A stretch of 64,000 bases of DNA from Candidatus Woesearchaeota archaeon (GTDB lineage Archaea > Nanobdellota > Nanobdellia > Pacearchaeales > GW2011-AR1). Both the position numbers and the translations under genes were made by a program. Positions 52,396 to 62,213 of the stretch are shown in pieces (the first letter of the stretch is position 1; every line of letters starts with the position of its first letter). The stretch spans positions 8,693 through 72,692 of the forward strand of contig CAYUZV010000001.1 of assembly GCA_964448605.1 (NCBI GenBank). Direction: 5' to 3'. Below the pieces are notes generated by a model. It was not told the DNA's origin. It ran no database searches and was given only the letters and a program-made list of their open reading frames with translations.

Positions 52396-52938
52396 ATGGC
52401 AAGCAAACGAAAAGCATCGGCATATTCAAAGAGAAAACCTATTAGTAATACTCGTAGAAGTAAAAAACAACAAAAGAGTTATATTAAGACGATTCCACCT
52501 CAAAAGATTGTTAAATTCAATATGGGGAATTACAAGGATTTTGAGGCTGGGAAATACAAGATAAAAGTTACGATTTTTGCTGAAGAGAATATTCAGATTC
52601 GGGATTTTGCACTTGAGGCTGTTCGTCAGTCATTAAATAAAGATTTCACTAAATTATTGCCTAAAAACTTTTTTTTAAGATGCAATGTTTATCCTCATAA
52701 TATTTTGAGGAACAATAAGATTTTTTCAGGAGGTAGCAAGGGTGAAAGAATTCAGACAGGAATGAGAAATAGTTTTGGAAGTCCTGAAGGCAGGGCTGCG
52801 GTGATTAAAAAAGGAAATCCTATCTTCACTGCTTATTTTAATGGTGAGGAACATTTGCCTAAGGTTCGATTAGCTTTTAAGAAAGTTACTCCTAAACTTG
52901 CTTGTAAGACTAAGGTAATTGTTGAGAAGATGAAGTAA
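52396..52938 (+). CDS. rpl10e: Ribosomal protein L10e (uL16).
   Basis: 180 aa. Basic N-terminus. RIQTGMRNSFGSPEGRAAVIKKGNPIF and KVRLAFKKV match the L10e core. Confidence 0.65.
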   Translation: MASKRKASAYSKRKPISNTRRSKKQQKSYIKTIPPQKIVKFNMGNYKDFEAGKYKIKVTIFAEENIQIRDFALEAVRQSLNKDFTKLLPKNFFLRCNVYPHNILRNNKIFSGGSKGERIQTGMRNSFGSPEGRAAVIKKGNPIFTAYFNGEEHLPKVRLAFKKVTPKLACKTKVIVEKMK

Positions 52939-52940
52939 AA

Positions 52941-53201
52941 ATGGAAAATATACCTCATGAAAAAAGTTATCGATTGAGAGTTCTTGAAAAAAGATTAGAT
53001 GAAGCAAATTCTGAATTAGAATGGGCTGAAAGATGGGCTTATGATAGCAGTGTTAGATTAGATATAAGATTGGGTGTTAGATTTTTGCTTCTTCCTCTTT
53101 GTAAGGCGAGTAGTTGTCTTAGTTCATTTTTACATAAATTTGAAAGTTATATTGATAGGTGTGAGGGCGAAGAGTATTTGAAGGATGTTTTAAGGGATTA
53201 G
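52941..53201 (+). CDS. Hypothetical small protein.
   Basis: 86 aa. Confidence 0.2.
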   Translation: MENIPHEKSYRLRVLEKRLDEANSELEWAERWAYDSSVRLDIRLGVRFLLLPLCKASSCLSSFLHKFESYIDRCEGEEYLKDVLRD

Positions 53202-53207
53202 ATTCCA

Positions 53208-53549
53208 TTATTCAAACTCTCCGAGACCTATTTTGATTAGTATTCTTTTGATTTCATTGATTGTTTGTTGTTGGCGTTTCTTATCTGACATTCTTATAAA
53301 TCTTATAAGAAGTTCTGTTAATTTTGAATTATCCATTATCTTTAATTTGTGCCCATCTGTAATGAAATAGAATCTGAAATTTTTGTATTTTATTTCTTTA
53401 ATTACAATTCCTCCAACATTTCCTAATAGTTTTCCTTTTTTTGGATTGTCTTTTAAAGAATACATTTGTTTGAATATTAATTTAGATTTTTGTTTGAATT
53501 TTTTATAAATCTCTTGTTTTAAAGTTTCTGCTATTTTTACTTCTGCCAT
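53208..53549 (-). CDS. RelE/HigB (Gp49)-like toxin candidate.
   Basis: 113 aa. IKEIKYKNFRFYFITDGHKLKI...FIRMSDKKRQQQTINEIKRI resembles Gp49/HigB-type toxins. 13-nt overlap with the upstream small gene. Confidence 0.35.
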   Translation of the reverse strand: MAEVKIAETLKQEIYKKFKQKSKLIFKQMYSLKDNPKKGKLLGNVGGIVIKEIKYKNFRFYFITDGHKLKIMDNSKLTELLIRFIRMSDKKRQQQTINEIKRILIKIGLGEFE

Positions 53550-53806
53550 TTTTGCTCTGCCTCTTTTATGGCTTCTTCAATTGGAACGAATCCTTCATCA
53601 GACATTAGAAATTCTTTTAATTGTTCTTTTAAGGCCAAGGAGTAAATTCTCTTTATGATGTCTTCGTAGCTTTCTCCCTTAAGTCCGAATGAACTTATTT
53701 TATCTTTTGTTTCTTTGCTTAATTGAATTGTTGTTATTTCCATTCTATAGATTCTATAGTTGCTATGGTTTATAAATTTTTTCTTTGATGATTTTAATAT
53801 TTTCAA
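53537..53806 (-). CDS. Small antitoxin-like protein paired with the downstream toxin candidate.
   Basis: Probable true start at MEITTIQLSKETKDKISSFG (about nt 53743). Coupled to the toxin-like ORF. Confidence 0.3.
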   Translation of the reverse strand: MKILKSSKKKFINHSNYRIYRMEITTIQLSKETKDKISSFGLKGESYEDIIKRIYSLALKEQLKEFLMSDEGFVPIEEAIKEAEQKWQK

Positions 53807-53846
53807 ACCCCATAAACTTTAAATATTGTTATCTGTTTTTGTTTAA

Positions 53847-56800
53847 ATGGAATTTAAAAAAGGGATGAATTCATTTATAGATGATGCTATTAAAAATCTG
53901 AATGAGAGTGCAGAAAATTCAGATGATTTAGATGAATCAAGGGATATTAGTGTTGATGAGTTTTTTAATGATAAAAAGGCAGAACTTTCAGGTTATGCAA
54001 AAACTTCGCCACAACCTGATTTGGTAAAATGGTTTTCAGAAGTTAATAACAAAGATGTTCAGACAGTAGGAGGGAAAGGTGCTTCCCTTGGTGAGATGTA
54101 TAATTCTAAGTTTCCAGTTCCACCTGGTTTTGTTATAACTGCACAAGCTTTTGATTTTTTTATAACTAAAAGTGGGATTAAGGATGATATAAAGAAAATT
54201 ATGGAAAGCATTGATTTGGAAGATACAGGGGATTTGCATGAGGCATCTAAAAAAATTCGGAGTTTAATTGAGAGCAAGGAGATTCCTGAAGAGCTTGAAA
54301 AAGAGATTTTGGAATCTTATAATATTTTGAGCAGTGAGGATATTGATGAGATTGGTGTTTCACAGGATGCTTTGAATATTTTGAAAAATTCGCAGGAGCC
54401 AGTTTTTGTTTCAGTTAGAAGTTCTGCAACAACTGAAGATTTAGCTGATGCAAGTTTTGCAGGACAGCAGGAAAGTTTTTTGAATGTAAAAGGAAATTCT
54501 CAATTGATTGAAAAGGTTCGAAAATGTTTTTCTTCTCTTTATACTCCTCGTGCAATTTATTATAGAGGGAGCAAAGGATTTAAGGAAAGTGAAGCACTTT
54601 TAGCTGTTGTTGTTCAAAAGATGATTGATTCTGAAAAGTCAGGTGTTGTTTTTTCAAGAGACCCTGTTAATCTTGATGATAAGGTTGCTATTGAAGCTGT
54701 TTTTGGTTTAGGTGAGGGAATTGTGGGAGGTAAAATTAAACCAGACCATTATATTGTTTCAAGAGATTTAGAAATAAAAGATATGAAAGTTTTTGATAAG
54801 AAGATTGCTATTGTTCGGACAGGGAGTGGTGAGAATGGAATTGTAAAACTTAGTCCTGAAAAAAGTAAGACTCAGGTTTTGAGTCGTGGTGAATTGAAGG
54901 AGATTGCAGATTATGCAGTCAGATTAGAAGAGCATTATAAAAAACCGCAGGATATTGAATTTGCAGTTGAAAATGGTGAGGTTTATATTTTGCAATCAAG
55001 ACCAATTACAACTCTGAATAAAGAGAGTAAAAAAAGTGAGATTAAAGGCAATGTTATTTTGCAGGGACAGAGTGCGAGTTCAGGTGTTGGTTCTGGTGTT
55101 GTTAAAATAATTGAATCAATGGATGATTTGCCTAAGGTGAAAAAAGGTGATGTTTTGGTTACTGAAATGACCAATCCTGATATGGTTGTGGCTATGCAAA
55201 AATCTTCAGCAATTGTTACAAATGAAGGAGGCATGACTTCGCATGCTGCTATTGTTAGTCGTGAAATGGGCATACCTTGTGTTGTTGGAACTGATAATGC
55301 GACAGAAGTTTTGAAGGAAGGTATGAGAATAACTGTTGAAGGTTCATCTGGAAAGATTTTTGAAGGGCAGGTTGCTGAATCAAAATCTGTTGAAATTAAA
55401 AAAGCTGTTTCAACTGAAAAAATAAAAATAAAAGTTATTGTTGATTTGCCTGAATTTTCTGACAGAGCTGCTGAATCAGGTGTTGAAGCAATTGGACTGA
55501 CTCGTCTTGAAGGAATTATCGCAAGTATGAAAAAACACCCTTTGAAGTATGAGAAAGAAAAAAAATTAGATGATTATACAAAAGTTTTAGAAGAAGGTAT
55601 TGCTAAGATTATTAAAAATTTTAAATCAATGTGGGTTCGTGCTTCGGATATTCGGACTGATGAATATAGTTCATTAGAAGGTGCTCCTGAAAAAGAGATT
55701 AATCCTATGCTTGGTTTTCATGGTATTAGGTTTAGTTTAAAACATCCTGAAATTTTGAAAGCAGAATTACAGGCAATTAGAAATATTGCTGATAAGTTTC
55801 CAGAGAAGAAAATAGGGATTATGTTTCCACAGGTTATTTCAATTGAGGAAGTTAAAGATGTTAAAAAAATCTTTGATGAATTCAGAACAGAGAATATGGA
55901 ATTTGGTGCTATGATTGAGACACCTGCAAGTGTTCAGATAATTGATGATATTTGCAAGGAGGTTGATTTTATTTCTTTTGGAACTAATGATTTGACTCAG
56001 TTTACATTAGGAGTTGATAGGAATAATGAAGATGTTCAGTATTTGTATAATGAGATGCATCCTGCAATTTTTTCACAGATTAAAAAAGTTCTTGATGCTT
56101 GTAGGGAGAATGATGTTGAGTCAAGTATTTGCGGGCAGGCAGGTTCTAAAAAAGAAATGGCTGAATTTTTGTTTAAAGAAGGTATTAAAAGTATTTCTGT
56201 TAATGCTGATGCTGCTCATGATATTTCGATTTTGATTAGTGAATTAGAAGGGAATTGGAAAAAAGGAGAGGATGAAAGATTGGAGAATGAGAGGAAGGTT
56301 AAGGAAGAAGAATTTGAAAAAGAGAGATTAGAAAAAGAAAGGGTTGAAAGAGAGGAGCAGGAAAGACAGGAGAGAGAAAGAATTGAAAAAGAAAATATAG
56401 AAGGAGAAGAAAGAGAGAGACAGGAAAAAGAGAGATTAGAAGCAATTGAGAGAGAAAGGCTGGAGAATGAAAAAAAAGGAGAGATGGAAAAATTTGAAGA
56501 AGAAAGGAAAAAGTTTGAAAAAGAGAAATTAGCATTTGATGAAGAAAAAAAGAAATTTGAAGAGGAGAAGTTAGAAAGGGAGAAATTGAAGAGTGAGGAG
56601 ATTGAAAAAGAAGAGCAGGAAAATGAAGTAAGTGAAGAGGAAAAATTGAAAGCACTTGAAAAAGAAAAAGAGGAAAGTGAAAGATTGGAGAGGAAGAAAG
56701 AGGAGGCAATTGAAAGAGAGAAATCTGAAAGTGGTGAGAGTTCCGGAGAATCTGTTGAAGAAGTTTCTGAATCTTTTGATTCTATAAAAGATTTAAAAAA

Positions 56801-57371
56801 GAAATTATGGAAATTAAAAAAACAAAGAAAATGGAAGGAGTTTAAGGAATTGAAAAAAAAGTTGAAGAAAATGGATAATTGGAATAAAAAAGCAGAGCTT
56901 ACTCCTATGAATGTGGAAGGGCAGAAGGTTGAACCTGTTAAAAAAGATGTTGTTGTGCATAATGAAGTTGCTTCTAAAGAAGTTGTTGAAAAAAGGCCTG
57001 GAGTTGAGGAAAGTGTGGAGCCTGAAGTTCCTCGTCCAGATAATTCTTTTAATGTTGAAAAGAATATTCATAAAGTTGATGATGATAAAAGAATTGATAA
57101 GGAAAGTGAGGAAATTCATCAGAGAGTTGAGAGGGAGAATGATGCTGAAGTGAAGGCAATGGATGAAGGTATTGAAGTTAGTAAAGAAGATTATGCTGAT
57201 GTTCCTATTGAGGAGAGAACTAAGGAGATTGGTGGAGAAGAATCTGAAAAAAATGAGCAAGAAGATTCTGTTGATGAGAAAAAAGTGGAAGAGAATGTAG
57301 GAGTTTATAAGCCTGATTTAGAAGAAAAGAAAGAGAAATTTAATTATAATTTTAGTGATTGGGAGGATTAG
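53847..57371 (+). CDS. ppsA: Phosphoenolpyruvate synthase (pyruvate, water dikinase) with a C-terminal E/K/R-rich low-complexity extension of about 370 aa.
   Basis: PEP/pyruvate-utilising domains with a phosphohistidine motif GGMTSHAAIVSREMGIPCVVG. The N-terminal ATP-grasp nucleotide-binding region is ppsA-like. Homology ends around aa 800 (about nt 56250). Thereafter ERLENERKVKEEEFEKERLEKERVEREEQ... is charged low complexity. Confidence 0.85.
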   Translation: MEFKKGMNSFIDDAIKNLNESAENSDDLDESRDISVDEFFNDKKAELSGYAKTSPQPDLVKWFSEVNNKDVQTVGGKGASLGEMYNSKFPVPPGFVITAQAFDFFITKSGIKDDIKKIMESIDLEDTGDLHEASKKIRSLIESKEIPEELEKEILESYNILSSEDIDEIGVSQDALNILKNSQEPVFVSVRSSATTEDLADASFAGQQESFLNVKGNSQLIEKVRKCFSSLYTPRAIYYRGSKGFKESEALLAVVVQKMIDSEKSGVVFSRDPVNLDDKVAIEAVFGLGEGIVGGKIKPDHYIVSRDLEIKDMKVFDKKIAIVRTGSGENGIVKLSPEKSKTQVLSRGELKEIADYAVRLEEHYKKPQDIEFAVENGEVYILQSRPITTLNKESKKSEIKGNVILQGQSASSGVGSGVVKIIESMDDLPKVKKGDVLVTEMTNPDMVVAMQKSSAIVTNEGGMTSHAAIVSREMGIPCVVGTDNATEVLKEGMRITVEGSSGKIFEGQVAESKSVEIKKAVSTEKIKIKVIVDLPEFSDRAAESGVEAIGLTRLEGIIASMKKHPLKYEKEKKLDDYTKVLEEGIAKIIKNFKSMWVRASDIRTDEYSSLEGAPEKEINPMLGFHGIRFSLKHPEILKAELQAIRNIADKFPEKKIGIMFPQVISIEEVKDVKKIFDEFRTENMEFGAMIETPASVQIIDDICKEVDFISFGTNDLTQFTLGVDRNNEDVQYLYNEMHPAIFSQIKKVLDACRENDVESSICGQAGSKKEMAEFLFKEGIKSISVNADAAHDISILISELEGNWKKGEDERLENERKVKEEEFEKERLEKERVEREEQERQERERIEKENIEGEERERQEKERLEAIERERLENEKKGEMEKFEEERKKFEKEKLAFDEEKKKFEEEKLEREKLKSEEIEKEEQENEVSEEEKLKALEKEKEESERLERKKEEAIEREKSESGESSGESVEEVSESFDSIKDLKKKLWKLKKQRKWKEFKELKKKLKKMDNWNKKAELTPMNVEGQKVEPVKKDVVVHNEVASKEVVEKRPGVEESVEPEVPRPDNSFNVEKNIHKVDDDKRIDKESEEIHQRVERENDAEVKAMDEGIEVSKEDYADVPIEERTKEIGGEESEKNEQEDSVDEKKVEENVGVYKPDLEEKKEKFNYNFSDWED

Positions 57372-57381
57372 TTTGGAATAT

Positions 57382-58353
57382 CTAAATTGGAAGATTGTCT
57401 TTATTTGTGTAGATTCTTTTTCCAAAACTCATGATTTCAAATTTTTTTAGAACATTTGGAAATTTTTCTTTTATGTCTTCAATTTCCTGTTGCAGTTCTC
57501 TTATTGAGGGATAGATGAAATTTAGTTCATAATCCCATACACCTGACATTCTCATGAGTATTTTTATGTTTTTGTTCTGACTTAAATATTCTTCAAATTC
57601 TTTTTCTTTTTTTAGGTTTTTAACTTGTATGAATAGGATGAAAGGAGTGTGATTGAATTTTGCAGTATCAAGAGTCATAAAATATCCCATTATTACTTTG
57701 TTTTTTTCAAGTTCTTTTAATCTTGTTGCAATTGTTTTTAGAGATAGTCTGGTTTTATCACTAATTGTTACAATGTTCATTCTTGGATGATGTGCAATTA
57801 TTTTGAGTATTTTTTTATCAGCTTTATTTAGTTTTATTTTTTCACTTGTATTTTCAATTGAATATATTTCTTTTACTGGTTTTTCATGAATAAAATTATA
57901 TCTGAAATAGAAACTTCTGCATATTATTTGAGTGTGTTTTTGATTTATTTTACTGGAGAATCTTTCATTGAATTTGCTAAACTGTTCTATGAAATCCTGA
58001 AGATTTTTTATTAAAAAACAAACTCCTAAATCATAAGGTCCGTAAAATCTCGCAGCCCAAATAACATTTTTTGATTTTTTTAATTCTTTGATGATTGCTT
58101 TTTCAGTTTCTTCATTGTAAAAATCAAATGAATAATAAACTCTTATTTCTGTGAATCCAAGTCTTTTATTATTTATTCCTACAAGATTATGCAACATATA
58201 TTTTTTTAATTTTTCAAATCTTAATGAAACTGAATTTTTTGAAAGTTTTACTTTTTTTCCTATTTTAGAAAAATTTTGTCTGAAATTTATGTCAAGTTCT
58301 CTTAAAATTTCGTAATCTTTTGTATCTAATTTTAAGGAACTCTGATTTTCCAT
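57382..58353 (-). CDS. Tandem-duplicated Lrp/AsnC-family transcriptional regulator (two HTH plus two RAM-like halves).
   Basis: Two repeats of the pattern DxKDYEILRELDINFRQNFSKIGKKVKLS / DKKILKIIAHHPRMNIVTISDKTRLS. Confidence 0.5.
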   Translation of the reverse strand: MENQSSLKLDTKDYEILRELDINFRQNFSKIGKKVKLSKNSVSLRFEKLKKYMLHNLVGINNKRLGFTEIRVYYSFDFYNEETEKAIIKELKKSKNVIWAARFYGPYDLGVCFLIKNLQDFIEQFSKFNERFSSKINQKHTQIICRSFYFRYNFIHEKPVKEIYSIENTSEKIKLNKADKKILKIIAHHPRMNIVTISDKTRLSLKTIATRLKELEKNKVIMGYFMTLDTAKFNHTPFILFIQVKNLKKEKEFEEYLSQNKNIKILMRMSGVWDYELNFIYPSIRELQQEIEDIKEKFPNVLKKFEIMSFGKRIYTNKDNLPI

Positions 58354-58592
58354 TTTTAATAAAGAGTTTTCTTTTTAAAAAACCTTTCTGTTTTTCTTAG
58401 GATTTTTATGTAAATTATTTAAATTATTTACTTTAATGTCATTTGTATTTAAATTATTGTATGATAATATTATAAAAATGTTTTAAATTTTACTTTTTAT
58501 TATGACAGATGGGTAATAATTTTATAATAACTTCAGGTTTGTTTTAATTTTTTATGTTGTTCTTTTTTATATTTTATTTTCTTGTTTATTTT

Positions 58593-58808
58593 ATGAAAAA
58601 TAATTTAGAATCAATAGGATGTTTTAATGTTCCTGCAAGAATTGAAGGTGGAGAAAGGAAATGTCCAAAGTGTAATGAAAGCACCCTTAGAGAAATTGAC
58701 TGGGTTGAAAGTGCAGGGGGCAGTGGTGATAATGTTACAACTTTTTATAGCTGTCGTAAATGTGACTATAGAGAAAAGGGAGAAACTTTTTTTACAAATG
58801 ATTATTAA
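58593..58808 (+). CDS. Small Zn-ribbon protein (CPKC...CRKC).
   Basis: GERKCPKCNESTLREIDWVESAGGSGDNVTTFYSCRKCDYRE. Paralog of the next gene. Confidence 0.35.
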   Translation: MKNNLESIGCFNVPARIEGGERKCPKCNESTLREIDWVESAGGSGDNVTTFYSCRKCDYREKGETFFTNDY

Positions 58809-58889
58809 TGTATTTTTTTATTTGATTCTATTAAATTGTCCTAAATTTTTTGGTTTTGGTTTTATATATTTTTTTGATTTAATTAATTT

Positions 58890-59114
58890 ATGAGTTTAAG
58901 AAATAATGAAAGTTTGGAAATGATTGATAGTTTTGAGTCAGGTATTAGAATGGAAGGAAGTTATCAGGAAAGATGCAGGAAGTGTGGAGAGTTAGTTGTT
59001 GTTAAAAAATATTTGGAAAAAGGAGGTGGTTCAGATAATCTTGTTGGAGAGTATTCTTGCAGAGAGTGTGGTTTTTATCACAGAGAGGAACATATGAATA
59101 CTGATTTTTGGTAA
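58890..59114 (+). CDS. Small Zn-ribbon protein (CRKC...CREC), paralog of 58593-58808.
   Basis: QERCRKCGELVVVKKYLEKGGGSDNLVGEYSCRECGFYHRE. Same architecture as the upstream paralog. Confidence 0.35.
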   Translation: MSLRNNESLEMIDSFESGIRMEGSYQERCRKCGELVVVKKYLEKGGGSDNLVGEYSCRECGFYHREEHMNTDFW

Positions 59115-59115
59115 A

Positions 59116-60297
59116 ATGGTTTTGAGTTTGTCAAGGGAAAATTTAACAAAACTTTATCGTCCTGTTCATGGTTTGGAAGATATTTTTGAAGTTGTAAAAA
59201 AATGCGAGGATGTTATGGGTAATGGACCGAGTTATGTTACAATTGATCCCCGGGATTTTGAAGTTAATGTTTATTCAGATAAAAGGAGATTGAGACCTTA
59301 TGATATTTCTGAACAAAAAAAGAAAGATGAATCTGAGAGTAATGTTAGAAAAGATATTCTTGAAAAAGGAGAGTGTGTGATTTGCAAGGGTTTTTTTGAT
59401 TCAGGAAATCCAACAACAACTCCGGTAATTAGTTATGATAATTTTTCTGATGAGAGTTATTCTTTTACAAATATTAATAAATTTCCTGTTGCAGTTCCTG
59501 AAAAAATTCCTATTCATGGCAGGATTCCTGAAATATTTTTTAGATTTAATGATGATATAAATAGTCAGTTTGGAGTTCATTTGTTATCATGGGCAACTAA
59601 TTTTCATAGAGATGTTCATCAGATGAGTTCTGAAGAGCATGTAAATTGTCTTGAAAATATTTTGAAGACTCAAGAACTATTGTTTTCTGGAAATGGGAAT
59701 GTTCGTTTTTATTCTCAATTAATTAAGAATACGGGAGGGATTGCTGGATGTAGTCTTGAACATGGACATTATCAAATGGTTTTTTCAAATATTCCTTCTG
59801 GAAAAAATATTTCAGATTTTAAATTTAGAATTGATAATGGAATTAGTTTTGCAGAACATGTAAGAAAAGAGAATCCTTCGGATTTGGAAATTGAAGGGAA
59901 TTATGGTTCAGTTAGGTTAGTTGTTCCTTATGTAACTGAAAAACCTTTTGAATTAATGATATTTCCGAAAAATAGTGGAATAAGTAATTTTAGGGATATT
60001 TCTGATGAGAGGACTTTTTCTGGTTTGTCTCAGGCGATTATAGATTGTGCAAGGGTTTTTTATTATTTTGCAGATTTTTCAAATAAACCTTTTGGTTATA
60101 ATATTGAATTTCATGAGGGTTTGACAAAAGATGATGAAATGTATGTTGAACTTATTCCAAGCACTCAAATAACTGCCGGGCTTGAACTTTTGGGTTATAA
60201 TGTTTGTCAGCAGACACCTGAAAGCTCTTCAAAATTATTTAATGAAATTTTGAAAGAATTGCCTGAAAATCCTGAGGAGTATTCTATTGTTCCTTAA
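59116..60297 (+). CDS. GalT-like (HIT superfamily branch III) nucleotidyltransferase / phosphorylase.
   Basis: HGHYQ motif (CSLEHGHYQMVF) analogous to the GalT HPHGQ. N-terminal Zn-type CVICKGFF. Two-half domain length of 393 aa. Confidence 0.4.
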   Translation: MVLSLSRENLTKLYRPVHGLEDIFEVVKKCEDVMGNGPSYVTIDPRDFEVNVYSDKRRLRPYDISEQKKKDESESNVRKDILEKGECVICKGFFDSGNPTTTPVISYDNFSDESYSFTNINKFPVAVPEKIPIHGRIPEIFFRFNDDINSQFGVHLLSWATNFHRDVHQMSSEEHVNCLENILKTQELLFSGNGNVRFYSQLIKNTGGIAGCSLEHGHYQMVFSNIPSGKNISDFKFRIDNGISFAEHVRKENPSDLEIEGNYGSVRLVVPYVTEKPFELMIFPKNSGISNFRDISDERTFSGLSQAIIDCARVFYYFADFSNKPFGYNIEFHEGLTKDDEMYVELIPSTQITAGLELLGYNVCQQTPESSSKLFNEILKELPENPEEYSIVP

Positions 60298-60374
60298 GGT
60301 TTTTGTCCTAACTTTTAAGTAATTACAAATAGAAAGATTTATAAAGGTTTGAGGGTTGTATAGTGTAAGAGAAA

Positions 60375-61157
60375 ATGGCGCAGATATTACCTGAACCAAA
60401 TGTAATTGATATATTAGGAAAATATTCTGATACAAAGAGAGATTTTTTAAGAGCAGCTAGTGCTGTAGTAACTTTAGAAGAATTAGCTAATGGAAAAGAT
60501 TGGTCAAATCCTGAAGATAGGCAGAGTTTGGGAAAAATGATTTATCCTGAAAATCCTGGTCTTTTTGAAGGAAGGGCTGTTGATGTTTTTAGAAATGATG
60601 TTTCAGTTCTTAGTTCTGTTGTTCCTGCTCAATTAAGTGCTTATATGTCAAATGGCGATAATAGGGATGATATATTTGGAGAGTTAGTTGATGAAGATGT
60701 AATTTTTGAACTTCCTATGGAATTGCCTTTTGTTGAGACAGGAGATGAAAAAAAGGATAGATTGGGAATAAGTGCTGTTAAATATAAACAGGTTTCAAGA
60801 GTTTTGGAAATGAGAGAAGAAGAAAGACAAAGATATGTTTTAAATAGGCTTCAAAAAAGTAAAATTCCTGAAGCTTGGTTGTATGGTTTTAATCCTAGTA
60901 ATTCTAATGATATTTATATGACTTTAAATTCTTATAGGTTATCTGATGGAGCTACTTACAAAAGAAATGTTTTTTCTGCCGGAGCTAATGGTGTTATAGA
61001 TTATGCTAAGAGAGTTTTAGAAGTTATTAAAGGTGAGAATAAAGATAGAGAATTGGTTCTTTTTGATAGAGGTTTAGCTAAAACAGCTTTAGGTCAGTTT
61101 GGTTATACTCAAAGAAAGGAAGAAGCTGAAAAATCTAAAGAGAATAAGTCAGATTAA
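60375..61157 (+). CDS. Hypothetical protein.
   Basis: 260 aa with no motif. Convergent with the NTase paralog. Confidence 0.3.
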   Translation: MAQILPEPNVIDILGKYSDTKRDFLRAASAVVTLEELANGKDWSNPEDRQSLGKMIYPENPGLFEGRAVDVFRNDVSVLSSVVPAQLSAYMSNGDNRDDIFGELVDEDVIFELPMELPFVETGDEKKDRLGISAVKYKQVSRVLEMREEERQRYVLNRLQKSKIPEAWLYGFNPSNSNDIYMTLNSYRLSDGATYKRNVFSAGANGVIDYAKRVLEVIKGENKDRELVLFDRGLAKTALGQFGYTQRKEEAEKSKENKSD

Positions 61158-61990
61158 ACAATCTCCTTAATTAATTTCATAGTTACATTAAAGAATTCTT
61201 CTGCTTTGTCTTGCCACATGTCAATTACATTTCCTGAAATGTCTTTGATTTCTCCGTGCATGATTTTTTTGTGGAGTTCGTAGATTTCTTTGAAGTCTTT
61301 TACATATTTTGATTTTAAAAGATTTTTATTTACAAAATGTTCATTTAGAAATGCTGTTAAATGTTCATATGAAGGAGGAGTTACATTAACTGCCATAAGA
61401 AGTGCTTGTGCAGAATCTACCATTGCCCAGAAGCTTCCTTCAATTGCAGATATTTCTGACTGCTTGCTTCTTATAATGTGGAATGGAACTCTGTTTAAGC
61501 AGGCATGGATTGATTCAGGTGTTGGTTTTATTTTTCCATCTTGTAAAAGTAATTTCAAAGGATTAAAAAAACCTCCAAAGTCAATTAGGACTTCTCCGTA
61601 TCTTAAAACATTAATTACAGTCGGGTCTCCGTTTGTTAAATCCTGCCACCATGTTGTGAGTTTTATTGTGTTTATGTGCAAATCTCTTTTGTATGGGTTT
61701 GATTTCATTATTTTTCCTAATTCATCTCTATACCATGCAATAAGTTTTTCATCAAATTTTATAGAGGCATCATCTATGATAATTATTATGTCAATATCAG
61801 AACCAGTTACCATTGTTTGTTTTGTTGCTGAACCAAAAAGGACGATTGACTTCACCATTTTGTCAAATTTTGTGTAAACTTTTTGAGCAAAATCCATTGC
61901 AATATCTCTTTCTGATTTTATGTGCAGGGTTGGATGTTTAGTAGATTTTGTTTTAGTTACTTCTTTTTTTTCAGATTTTTTCTTTTTCAT
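61154..61990 (-). CDS. Pol-beta-superfamily nucleotidyltransferase fused to a C-terminal helical (HEPN-like) domain, KNTase-like architecture. Paralog of 49793-51595.
   Basis: VLFGSATKQTMVTGSDIDIIIIIDD (NTase motif). DGKIKPTPESIHACLNRVPFHIIR. Confidence 0.5.
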   Translation of the reverse strand: MKKKKSEKKEVTKTKSTKHPTLHIKSERDIAMDFAQKVYTKFDKMVKSIVLFGSATKQTMVTGSDIDIIIIIDDASIKFDEKLIAWYRDELGKIMKSNPYKRDLHINTIKLTTWWQDLTNGDPTVINVLRYGEVLIDFGGFFNPLKLLLQDGKIKPTPESIHACLNRVPFHIIRSKQSEISAIEGSFWAMVDSAQALLMAVNVTPPSYEHLTAFLNEHFVNKNLLKSKYVKDFKEIYELHKKIMHGEIKDISGNVIDMWQDKAEEFFNVTMKLIKEIV

Positions 61991-62213
61991 GTTCGCCTCT
62001 TTATTATATATAAAATAATTTAGTATTTAAAATGTTTGTGTTTTTGTGTTTTGTTTATTCGCATCCAGACTTCATCACAGATGCTTGTATTATTAAGAGG
62101 TAACTTATAATTCGATAGATGATTTTTTAGGGTTGAGTTTGTTAGATTTGATTGGTGTAAATTTAATCTTTTCAAATCAACATCTTTAAATATAGAGGGT
62201 TATAATTATATTT

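Noticed and set aside
56270-56760. Apparent DNA-level repetitiveness (gaaaaagagag / gagagaaag) suggesting a tandem repeat or CRISPR-like array.
   Set aside because: It is in-frame coding sequence for the E/K/R-rich tail of the PEP synthase. The repeats are imperfect and codon-driven, not spacer-separated.
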